A DNA stretch of 64,000 bases from Anaerolineales bacterium (GTDB lineage Bacteria; Chloroflexota; Anaerolineae; Anaerolineales; E44-bin32): NCBI GenBank assembly GCA_041573795.1, contig JBFFQB010000002.1, positions 46,749-110,748 on the forward strand, written 5' to 3'. The notes under the pieces are model-generated. The model was not told the origin of the DNA, made no database searches, and saw nothing but the letters and a program-made list of their open reading frames with translations. Both the position numbers and the translations under genes were made by a program. How positions within the stretch are numbered: position 1 is the stretch's first letter; each line of letters opens with the position of its first letter. Below are positions 28,801-36,517 of the stretch, piece by piece.

Positions 28801-30928
28801 AAGTTTGAAGTATTACCAGCAATTGCTTGATCTCGCTACAGAGGAACCTGCGATCCTGGCCAAGATCGCCAGGGCATATCTTGATTTTGAGGATGCAGGT
28901 AAGGCACGCTCGATTATTGAAAGAGCTGTACATCTTCACCCCGATCATGTTGGTATTCAACTTGTTCAGGTCGAAGCATCCCTTCAGGCTGGCGATGACG
29001 AAAAAGCGCTGGAGATTGTAGAAAAAGTCATCGCGCAGTCCGCTCCTGACGCTCACACCCTGGCCCTGGCGGCCTTATGTGCCGTCATGACCGGTGACAT
29101 TGAGCAGGCCAGGGCTGGACTCGATGAAGCACTCCACGAAACCCACTTATCCTCCCAGGCATCGGCGGTCCTTTTGCGAGTTTGCGCCGCTTTGGGTGAA
29201 TGGCGGCTTTACTCCTCGCTGCTGAATGGCATTAGCGGGCTAGCTAAATCATCAGTAAAAGACGCAAGGTTGGCATTGAGGGCACTCCTGCGTGCACGTG
29301 ATTTAGCTTGGCTCCATACAAATTTATTGAACATTCGGGTGAATACGCCCGATGCAAAGGCAACGCAAGCTCGGATAGACAGCCTGTTTCAAGGTATTCC
29401 CACCGACGCGCGATTCATGAATTCGGCCTTCGAGATATTCGACCGATGGCAAATTCAACTCGAAAGCCCTATGTCTGAATTTGATGCCACCTTCGATCAA
29501 CTTTCCCACACCGAGCAGCAGGAGCTCATCCAGGCTGCGGCGATGGGGTTGATCAAAGCCAATCGCCCTTCCAAAGCACTCAGCTTATTGGATTCTCATC
29601 CACCGCTTGGCACCCAGCGGGGCTATCATGCGCTGTTGACAAGCATAGCGGCTCAGCAAGCAGATCAGCCCGCACGGGCAAAAGACTCTGCTGAACGAGC
29701 AACACGCTTTGCCGAGACGCGCCCAAGTGGTTCCTATCTCCTGGGTTCCCAGGCTCACGCAGAATCCGATATGGAGAGCGCAATTACTGCCATTAACGCC
29801 GCCTTGGCAATATGGTCAAATGAGCCCGCATGGCATGCTGATCTCGCTCGCATCTACATGCTTGGTGAGCGCAAGGAAGCCGCCCTTCCACACTTACAGC
29901 AAGCTGTTGAGCTGGATCCGCATGATTCCGAGTATCTGCTCGCACTTGCCCGAGCATACCGCAATGCCGGTGAATGGTCTCAAGCCGAAACAACGTATGC
30001 GCGCTGTTTGCAGGATTCACCATCAGCAGCACAGGTTTGGAAAGAAGCGGCCCAAGTTGCTTTAGTTAATGGGAATGCTTCCCAGGCCGAAAGCTGGTTT
30101 GAAAGAGCCTGCAGTTTGGCGCCCTCCGATGCTGTCTGCCTGATGGGATCGGCACAAGCTGCCCTACTTATGGATCAACCAAAACTGGCTGCCGATCGCG
30201 CCCAAAGCGCATACAAGCTTGCTCCAAATGAACCACAAGTTCTGGCTGGCTTCGCCGAGGTATTGGCAGTGCAAGGAAAAATGGAGAAGGCTATCCAGGC
30301 CTATGATCGAGCGTTGAAGATCTCCGGGGGAGATCCCCAAGTTCAGCTAGCGCGGAGCAGATTATTGCTGAAGAGTGGCCAGTATACCGATGCCATCAAT
30401 GACATTAATGCTGTCATTGCTACAGATGATTCTGATACCGACGCCTGGGCTCTACTAGCGGAAGCATATGAGCAGGCTTCACAAATGGACGAGGCACTCA
30501 ACGCAATCAATCACGCCATCGCAGATTCACCTCGTTCTGGCCCATACCGCCTGATCCAAGGACGAATGTATCGTAAGGCTGGTCAGCTGGATCAGGCCTT
30601 AAAAGTCTTGCGCGAGCTTGAGAATGACGAGCCCGACAACGGCTCACTACCTGCAGAACTTGGGAACGTCTATGAAGCCCGCAGAGAGACGGATGCGGCG
30701 CTTGAAGCCTACCTACGGGCAGTTGCACTCAATCCTGACGATATTCAATCCCACATGAGCGCTGGGATCATTTTAAAGGGCTTGAAATCCTACGAGCATG
30801 CCGCGCAGATGTTTGAACGCGTGGTCACAGCTCGACCTAACGACCCTAAAGCCTTACACCAACTCGCTGCGGTACGTGCATTGCAACTTGTACATGGTGG
30901 CATCGAGACCCAGGTGGTGACGACATGA
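25856..30928 (+). CDS. giant tetratricopeptide-repeat (TPR) protein, 1690 aa
   Basis: Uninterrupted ORF. From ~aa 300 onward there are dozens of 34-aa TPR-like units (recurring A..Y..AL.L.P....A...LA). The N-terminal ~230 aa are non-repetitive. Confidence 0.85.
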   Translation: MLNDAAILAQLKEAFQPSELSATITRLQRVPEVWQALHDGDFLRFVLEHPEEIEWTPSAIADSCLLYKRANQSGSEDSSSSHSTQAVSNLFDLATEAHSLAKQLNHSIADTLETLQPSRSCFSQLCCAWAHIDETSKVIEQILAAQDRQMTAFLLEVLRAQYADAQILEIVETHGPAFAHYIPELLKDGEKEIALLLADQVKDDLSGSSTGDEALLYAYAQAVGGDYEGAHISLSSAWDNATEATALVADQLAQVARLEGNPSVELEARRQAVERSFSPIRRAALARSLVESDQAYNAYQLTSQAESIEERIAFGMAALKQGFHSEALSALSQVKNEALQLEYKDTSWLRWMAEGLSRSGALADTIETTTYIARLLPQDENIALELAELLERAGDLSAAVTQAEFALALNPQSTNARRVLAHTLRLDGQAAKALGYFEQVVQDDPSVHFEYCECALEAQEDDLAVEIATTLMGEHPDSAMAHSFFARAKHHQGEHEVARAAIEKAITLDKSSVDPWLVLAEILVATGENDAAGETLLQAIQIAPENAKAHQARADWLAAQDRFHEAREHSARAVELDPGCASWLVADARLLAKTGDPQGARARLQQAYALQPKNWDLILELARSYESSGELEQAVQLIGDAPGEFDDAFRIDTGRILIKAGVDGNTEALQKGLDHFKRAHPDGETLPDHLFWSARANEVLKEYNKSLGQYEEYLAQFEGLKQHRTLEAVLGYSRVSLAQGKPDQVIAFLQANRDKFPASIDVVSLLAEAQLANGEGKQAYETAREAIALNPVSVDAHRLVSKTAEAIGDIRTAIDAEQEILSQQPETGANWRRMARLHFSIRDTASARAHLAKAIHLDRSDAKSLVELADLSAEFDLSGTELRLMKRAGKLAPRDPGLQLQLAEVAESSGDFDTAYAALMCCLQEKNDDVQLVKRAAEVSSKAGQSGRSIELYERVLEKDPEDAVSLVALADTFEQMGDPRASLKYYQQLLDLATEEPAILAKIARAYLDFEDAGKARSIIERAVHLHPDHVGIQLVQVEASLQAGDDEKALEIVEKVIAQSAPDAHTLALAALCAVMTGDIEQARAGLDEALHETHLSSQASAVLLRVCAALGEWRLYSSLLNGISGLAKSSVKDARLALRALLRARDLAWLHTNLLNIRVNTPDAKATQARIDSLFQGIPTDARFMNSAFEIFDRWQIQLESPMSEFDATFDQLSHTEQQELIQAAAMGLIKANRPSKALSLLDSHPPLGTQRGYHALLTSIAAQQADQPARAKDSAERATRFAETRPSGSYLLGSQAHAESDMESAITAINAALAIWSNEPAWHADLARIYMLGERKEAALPHLQQAVELDPHDSEYLLALARAYRNAGEWSQAETTYARCLQDSPSAAQVWKEAAQVALVNGNASQAESWFERACSLAPSDAVCLMGSAQAALLMDQPKLAADRAQSAYKLAPNEPQVLAGFAEVLAVQGKMEKAIQAYDRALKISGGDPQVQLARSRLLLKSGQYTDAINDINAVIATDDSDTDAWALLAEAYEQASQMDEALNAINHAIADSPRSGPYRLIQGRMYRKAGQLDQALKVLRELENDEPDNGSLPAELGNVYEARRETDAALEAYLRAVALNPDDIQSHMSAGIILKGLKSYEHAAQMFERVVTARPNDPKALHQLAAVRALQLVHGGIETQVVTT

Positions 30929-33588
30929 TTGACCGCAGTACTTTCATCAAAATCCTTCACACATCCCTGAGCGCAGGTAGATCAGATTTCGCACGGTTCA
31001 CCGCAATGGACTGGCTTGAAGCCTGGCCTGGGGATGCGAGCATACAGACCTACCTGGCCCGGGCCGAGATGGAATTGGGCTTGATTGACAATGCGATTGC
31101 GCGAGTTGATCAAGTCATCATGGTCGATCCAGAACAAATCGATGCCTATGAGATCAAGGCGAGCGCCTTACGATCGAAGGGCGCGATCGAGCAATCCAGG
31201 ATCTATCATGCTTGTGCACAGATCTTAAAAATGAATCCGCTCGAACCAGGTCAAGCACCTACATGGGCGGTCCATTTGCAGGAAGCCATGGGGCATGTTC
31301 GAGCAGCTGACTATGACGCGGCGGTAGCAAAAGCCTCGATCTCCCTTACCGCCGATCCTCAGTTAATCCTGCCGACCTATTCCTTGATGTCAATTCAGCG
31401 CACAGCTGGGAAAGATGCTGATGCCCTTGCGGTGGCGCAAAATGGCTATGACCGTTGGCCTGAATGTGTCGCTTTCTTGCTGATTCTTGGTCAATCGTTA
31501 GTCGACCAGGGTGAGTCGCAAGCGGGGATCGAACTCCTGCATCATGCAGCAAAGAACGATCCCAGTGGTCAAATTACGAAGCGCTTCTGGGGGGAACATC
31601 ATGCCTATGCTGATTTATGGCCATTGAACTTGCAAGCTGAGTTGAGTAGGCCCATCCCTGCCGATGTTGCTACAAGGCTCGGTGATAATCAGCTGGCTGG
31701 ATCGATTCGGGAGAAAAGCCCCCAGCCCGAGCCCAAACCCACAGCGTGTGACTGTGACACTCATACGATCGTAAAGAAAGATGATCAAGTAGCACCCGAG
31801 CGTAAGCAGCAGGCCAAAATAAACCTGGAAGCTCTACCTTCACCGAAACCCTGGGAAGCTTTTAAAGGACCGAATGCAAGTGAAGCTGGCATTAATCTCA
31901 ACCCAACCCAGGTGCCTGAGACTTTGGTAGAGATCGAGAATGAGTTCAGGCAACTTGCTCAAAGATTAAACGCAAGGAAAAGGGGCAGGGATGAAGATGG
32001 TCGCTCCCCAGCTTATATCGTTCTGTCGAGCCGCTCACATATGCTACAGCGCTTCGAAGAAGCTGGCTTCCAATCCATTGATGAACGTATATTGAGCCTG
32101 GTTGAAAGTGTTCGTCGGCGCTATGGTTGGACAGCATACCGGATCTATATTGATGATCCCAGGACACTCGAACCCTTCGGGCTGTCTCCTGTCGATCCAG
32201 GCAACGCCTGGCAAATCAAGCTGCGTCTGGCCGACCTCGATCGGGCCCTAAGCGCACGGGGCGAGATGATCGGAGCACTATTGATCGTCGGTGGAAACGG
32301 CATCATCCCATTTCACCTGTTACCCAACCCAACCGATGATGACGATGAAGTCATCCCCTCGGATAATCCTTATGCCACTACGGATGAAAATTACTTCATC
32401 CCGGAATGGCCTGTGGGGCGTCTCCCCGGTGAGGAAGAATCGGAGTTTATTCTCCAGCAGTTGGACTATGCTCTCAAAAGCCACAATATCCAGGCTGCAC
32501 CCAGACCAACGATTGGACGCTTGTTCCGACTCCTGGGGTTTGGATTTCTCCGCATGCTCGCACCAAGCGTGAAGACGCTTGGCTATTCCGCCAGTATTTG
32601 GCGCAAATCTTCCTTCGCCGTATTCAAGACGATTGGGGATCCCAAGAACCTGATCACCTCTCCACCGATTGAAGCAACAAAGCTGCCTTCCGAGGCGATG
32701 CGACCGGTGCGACTATCCTATTTCAATTTGCATGGACTGGAGGACGCGCCTGAATGGTATGGGCAACGTGATCCTGCAAAAGACCACGAAGCCATAACGG
32801 AATTTCCCATCGCGCTCCGCCCAATCGATGTTGTTAACAGCGGTCGAGCGCCCAAGGTCGTGTTTACGGAGGCCTGTTACGGAGCGAATAGTATCGGTAA
32901 AACGAGTGAAACCGCATTAAGCTTAAAATTTCTAACCTCCGGGAGCCGGGCTGTTATTGGTTCAACCAAGATCTCCTATGGATCAATCCGACCTCCCCTT
33001 ATCGCGGCTGATCTTCTGGGTCAGCTCTTCTGGCAATTTCTCAATCAGCGCCTGCCTGTGGGTGAGGCACTTCGCCGAGCCAAGATCAAACTGGCAACCG
33101 AAATGCACCAACGACAGGGGTATCTCGACGGGGAAGATCAGAAGACTTTGATTTCGTTTGTTCTATATGGAGATCCTCTCTTCCAACCCAACCCATCAAA
33201 CCCGCATCCAGGGGAAAAGTCGGTCATTCGTCGGGTCAAGCGACCCTCCAATATGAAAACGGCTTGCGCCCTTGGTGGTAAGTCCATCTCTGAAGATGAG
33301 ATTTCCCCGGTGACAATGAAACGGATTGAACACCTCGTTGCCCAATACCTGCCGGGAATGCAGGAAGCTGTGTGCAGCATTCACAATCAGCACATAGAAT
33401 GCCGCGGCGGCGATCATGTTTGCCTTTCCCAGCAGTTCGATCAGAAGTCGATTCAACAGTCACCGGTTGGTTCCATGGTTATTACCCTTTCGAAGCATAT
33501 TGCTGATGGCCAACGACGGCATCCGCATTTTGCCCGTCTTACCCTGGATTCCCAGGGTAAGGTCATGAAGCTGGCTGTTTCGCGCTAA
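30925..33588 (+). CDS. TPR domain + peptidase C25-like (gingipain-like, clan CD) cysteine protease domain + C-terminal PepSY-like module
   Basis: ATGA overlap with the upstream TPR gene. C25-like block LLIVGGNGIIPF...SDNPYATTDENYFIPEWPVGRLPGEE. Candidate catalytic His in FNLHGLEDAPEWYG (CAT 32731-32733) and Cys in VVFTEACYGAN (TGT 32875-32877). Confidence 0.65.
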   Translation: MIDRSTFIKILHTSLSAGRSDFARFTAMDWLEAWPGDASIQTYLARAEMELGLIDNAIARVDQVIMVDPEQIDAYEIKASALRSKGAIEQSRIYHACAQILKMNPLEPGQAPTWAVHLQEAMGHVRAADYDAAVAKASISLTADPQLILPTYSLMSIQRTAGKDADALAVAQNGYDRWPECVAFLLILGQSLVDQGESQAGIELLHHAAKNDPSGQITKRFWGEHHAYADLWPLNLQAELSRPIPADVATRLGDNQLAGSIREKSPQPEPKPTACDCDTHTIVKKDDQVAPERKQQAKINLEALPSPKPWEAFKGPNASEAGINLNPTQVPETLVEIENEFRQLAQRLNARKRGRDEDGRSPAYIVLSSRSHMLQRFEEAGFQSIDERILSLVESVRRRYGWTAYRIYIDDPRTLEPFGLSPVDPGNAWQIKLRLADLDRALSARGEMIGALLIVGGNGIIPFHLLPNPTDDDDEVIPSDNPYATTDENYFIPEWPVGRLPGEEESEFILQQLDYALKSHNIQAAPRPTIGRLFRLLGFGFLRMLAPSVKTLGYSASIWRKSSFAVFKTIGDPKNLITSPPIEATKLPSEAMRPVRLSYFNLHGLEDAPEWYGQRDPAKDHEAITEFPIALRPIDVVNSGRAPKVVFTEACYGANSIGKTSETALSLKFLTSGSRAVIGSTKISYGSIRPPLIAADLLGQLFWQFLNQRLPVGEALRRAKIKLATEMHQRQGYLDGEDQKTLISFVLYGDPLFQPNPSNPHPGEKSVIRRVKRPSNMKTACALGGKSISEDEISPVTMKRIEHLVAQYLPGMQEAVCSIHNQHIECRGGDHVCLSQQFDQKSIQQSPVGSMVITLSKHIADGQRRHPHFARLTLDSQGKVMKLAVSR

Positions 33589-33603
33589 GCCACGAGAGGG
33601 GCA

Positions 33604-33619
33604 TGGCACGCAACTTGCA
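33604..33619 (+). promoter_or_regulatory. sigma-54 (-24/-12) promoter P2 upstream of orf426-ftsZ
   Basis: TGGCACgcaacTTGCA, exact consensus with GG-N10-GC spacing. It lies in the 57-nt gap after the protease gene, 26 nt before ATG 33646 (GAAGGA RBS). Confidence 0.75.
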
Positions 33620-33645
33620 CCATAGTTGCGAGAAGGAAAATTGCC

Positions 33646-34926
33646 ATGTCCCTCAGCCAGCAACAACTCGGTTTTCACTATTATCCCGATACAGATCACT
33701 ATAGTGATTCAGATTTAAACACCTGGCTCCCGATACTCGAGAGTGCCGGCGCTAGCTGGTTGACGCTGCAGGCAAAGGGGAGCAAGAACATCCCTGAGCA
33801 CTTCCTTGCTGCGCTCAAGGCAAGTGGCATTCAGCCGATCATTCATATTTGCGAACCGATTGGATCATTGCGTATGGCGCAGGTCTACACAGCCTTAAAG
33901 ACCTACGCCGATGCCGGTGTCAATTACGTGCTCTTTTACGATCGACCGAATATGCGGGCATCATGGCCCGCATCCACCTGGAGCCATGAATCTTTGATAA
34001 GTCGCTACGTGGATGGCCTGCTTCCGATACTGGAGGCACAGCTCGAGATGGGCATGCTGCCAACCTTACCCCCGCTCGAGCCTGGAGGCGATTACTGGGA
34101 TACTGCCTTTCTGGAGTCCCTCCTCGCTCTGATGCAAAAAAGTGTCGATGCAGCGATTATGGACAAGCTCACGCTCTCGATCTACATGTGGACGTATGGC
34201 AGACCAGTCGATTGGGGACAAGGTGGACAGGTAGCCTGGCCTGATGCCCGGCCGTATCGTTCCCCTATGGGCTCCCAGGATCAGCGTGGCTTCCAGATTA
34301 ATGAGTGGTACCAAGAAATCGCACGGAAAATTCTCGGACGCACCTTACCGGTACTGGTTGTGGGGGGAGGCGCGGGTCCATCGGAAGCTTACGCCACCAC
34401 AGAAGCGCGACAGCTTGGCAACAACGAGGTCGCCCGTCATCTGGCGCAAGAAGGGCTTCCAGAGGAGATCCTCAATTTCAACTTTTACCCCCTTGCCACA
34501 GCCGAAAATCACCAGGATTATCCTGCTGCTTGGTATATCGCCCCCGTCGAAAAAGTCGTGCCCGACCCGTCCGATGAGCACGCGGTAGTCGCTCCCTTAG
34601 AAGCGCAGGCTCAAAAGAAGGGCATTGAGCACTATGTGCTTTTAGGATTTAGCAACCGGATGAACGGCCTTGATGTTTGGAATGCCATTGCCCCTCCGAT
34701 TATGAGTACTCGGGCGACTGTCGGTTTTTCGCTTGAAGAAGCCAAGCAAGCTGTTCGTGTGAGCATCGTTGGCGATTACGATACATTCCCGGCAATGATC
34801 GAAGATCAACTGAGAGCAAACGGCACAGAAACTGAACGCTTTGAAAAGTGGGACACGGATGAATTCCTACTTGCTGCCTCTACCTGGGCAACAAAGTCCA
34901 CGGCAACAGGAGTCGAAGATGAGTGA
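33646..34926 (+). CDS. hypothetical protein (426 aa), possibly a TIM-barrel glycosidase-like fold; translationally coupled to ftsZ
   Basis: Clean ORF behind P2. Alternating beta/alpha-like pattern (GFHYYP, WLTLQA, QPIIHI, NYVLFYDRPN, LPVLVVGGG). Its stop overlaps the ftsZ start by 8 nt (ATGAGTGA). Confidence 0.65.
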   Translation: MSLSQQQLGFHYYPDTDHYSDSDLNTWLPILESAGASWLTLQAKGSKNIPEHFLAALKASGIQPIIHICEPIGSLRMAQVYTALKTYADAGVNYVLFYDRPNMRASWPASTWSHESLISRYVDGLLPILEAQLEMGMLPTLPPLEPGGDYWDTAFLESLLALMQKSVDAAIMDKLTLSIYMWTYGRPVDWGQGGQVAWPDARPYRSPMGSQDQRGFQINEWYQEIARKILGRTLPVLVVGGGAGPSEAYATTEARQLGNNEVARHLAQEGLPEEILNFNFYPLATAENHQDYPAAWYIAPVEKVVPDPSDEHAVVAPLEAQAQKKGIEHYVLLGFSNRMNGLDVWNAIAPPIMSTRATVGFSLEEAKQAVRVSIVGDYDTFPAMIEDQLRANGTETERFEKWDTDEFLLAASTWATKSTATGVEDE

Positions 34927-36052
34927 AATGGGTACCTACGAACCTCTAGATTTTGCCTACCCTCCCAAGGAGCCCGCACGCGCCCTGGGCGAGGCCAAGA
35001 TTAAAGTTCTCGGACTCGGCGGTGGAGGCTCAAATGCGATCAATCGCATGATCGAGCTTGGTGTCGCTGGTGTCGATTTCATCGCCGCCAACACCGATCG
35101 ACAGGCGCTCGCATCCAGTCTGGCACCGGTCCGCCTCCAACTCGGGCCGCGCATCACCAGAGGATTGGGCGCTGGCGGTAATCCAAAGACCGGGGCTGCC
35201 GCAGCAATGGAGAGCAGCCGTGAAATCGCCAGCGCGCTTGCCGGTGCTGACATGGTATTCATCACGGCCGGCATGGGCGGCGGAACCGGTACAGGATCAG
35301 CGGCTATCGCTGCGGAGATCGCCCGTGAAATCGGGGCGGTTGTCGTAGCTGTGGTCACGATGCCATTCAGTTTTGAGATGAGCAAACGAGCTAAAAACGC
35401 TTTTGAGGGGGTCAAGCAGCTTCAACCCCATACGCATACGTTAATTACCGTGCCGAATGATAAGCTACTCCAGATTGTTCCACGCGACTTAAGCCTCGAA
35501 ATCGCCTTCCGACTGGCGGATGACGTCCTTCGCCAGGGGGTACAGGGTATCGCTGAATTGATCACCCGCCCCGGCATGATTAACGTCGACTTTGCCCATG
35601 TGCGTGAGCTCATGCTGCGAGGCGGCGGCGCCTATATGGCCATTGGTCTCGGGAAAGGTGAGGACAAAGCCAATGCTGCCGTTCATCAAGCCCTACACCA
35701 CCCCCTCCTCGAAATGGACAGCATCGACACCGCCAGCGGCGTCCTGGTGCATTTCACAGGCGGTGAGGATCTTACCCTTTATGAAGTCGGTGATGCCGTG
35801 ACGAATTTACGGCAATCGCTTTCCCCGGATGCGGACGTGATCCTGGGCGCTACCACGCAAAAATCGATGAATGGGCGGGCTCAAGCAATCTTGATCTTCA
35901 CCGGTGTTGGTGGCCGTCCGATGACATCAGCGGTGGCGGCTGAGGCTCAAGTCGAGCTCGAGGCGGTGGCAGCCCCCGTGATGCAAGCGTCGCAAGATCT
36001 GGATCTACCGACTTTCCTAAGACGTAGGGTCTCGACCGGGTCAGGGGGTTAA
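34919..36052 (+). CDS. ftsZ: cell division GTPase FtsZ
   Basis: IKVLGLGGGGSNAINRM, tubulin signature GGGTGTGSAAIAAEIA, T7 loop NVDFAHV, C-terminal peptide DLDLPTFLRRR. The ORF opens at 34841, but ATG 34919 has an AGGAG RBS and the canonical N-terminus. Confidence 0.95.
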   Translation: MSEMGTYEPLDFAYPPKEPARALGEAKIKVLGLGGGGSNAINRMIELGVAGVDFIAANTDRQALASSLAPVRLQLGPRITRGLGAGGNPKTGAAAAMESSREIASALAGADMVFITAGMGGGTGTGSAAIAAEIAREIGAVVVAVVTMPFSFEMSKRAKNAFEGVKQLQPHTHTLITVPNDKLLQIVPRDLSLEIAFRLADDVLRQGVQGIAELITRPGMINVDFAHVRELMLRGGGAYMAIGLGKGEDKANAAVHQALHHPLLEMDSIDTASGVLVHFTGGEDLTLYEVGDAVTNLRQSLSPDADVILGATTQKSMNGRAQAILIFTGVGGRPMTSAVAAEAQVELEAVAAPVMQASQDLDLPTFLRRRVSTGSGG

Positions 36053-36056
36053 GCAC

Positions 36057-36290
36057 GTGAAAACTGCTGCGCTTACGAAAGTTAAGCAAGAAGTCTCGAA
36101 GAAATTCCCTGAAATGGATGGCGTCAGGCCGACCATTCGGAGTCAGGGAGCGAAGGAACGTGGAGAGGAGCAATTTCTGCTCACGTTCAAAGGGAAGGCC
36201 GATCTGCCCGGGGGCCGAAAGATCAGCCGAGTTGTACGTGTCGTCGCAGACGAGCGGGGACGCATACTTAAGTTAAGCACATCAAAATGA
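36057..36290 (+). CDS. small basic protein (77 aa) with PepSY-like pattern
   Basis: GTG start 4 nt after the ftsZ stop, with a GGGGG RBS. The sequence KVKQEVSKKFPEMDGVRPTI...FLLTFKG...RVVRVVADERGRILKLS fits the PepSY pattern and resembles the C-terminus of the protease gene. Confidence 0.5.
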   Translation: MKTAALTKVKQEVSKKFPEMDGVRPTIRSQGAKERGEEQFLLTFKGKADLPGGRKISRVVRVVADERGRILKLSTSK

Positions 36291-36496
36291 TCATGGATAA
36301 ACAAATCGATAATCTCAATATGATGCTACGTATCTTTTTCTGGCGACTGGCAGCCAATCTGACCGGCGCCGCTGTCCAAAATCAGCACATGCTGCGCCGT
36401 GCGGTCTGGATCGCGCCGATTGTGCTGGCTGGCTTAACCGCCTATTTCCTGGGCCGCATGTTTGGTACCTTGCTGCTCTGGACGCTAGCACTGTAA
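36287..36496 (+). CDS. small membrane protein (69 aa)
   Basis: ATGA overlap with the preceding ORF; hydrophobic segments IFFWRLAANLTGAAV and VWIAPIVLAGLTAYFLGRMFGTLLLWTLAL. Confidence 0.45.
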   Translation: MIMDKQIDNLNMMLRIFFWRLAANLTGAAVQNQHMLRRAVWIAPIVLAGLTAYFLGRMFGTLLLWTLAL

Positions 36497-36517
36497 GCCA
36501 ACCTCCTTTCCCTCGGT

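Noticed and set aside
34841-34918. Extended FtsZ start at 34841
   Set aside because: The extension overlaps the end of orf426 in another frame and adds a non-FtsZ-like peptide. ATG 34919 has an AGGAG RBS and a typical FtsZ N-terminus.
34957-35415. 152-aa antisense ORF inside ftsZ. Similar long antisense ORFs occur at 39549-40154 (inside the ABC ATPase gene), 40489-40938 (inside plsX), 13430-13912 (inside the FAD oxidase gene) and 53831-54349 (inside the GT-C/NHL gene).
   Set aside because: These are shadow ORFs opposite well-supported genes. They have low-complexity Ala/Pro/Arg/Ser-rich translations and no RBS or motif support.
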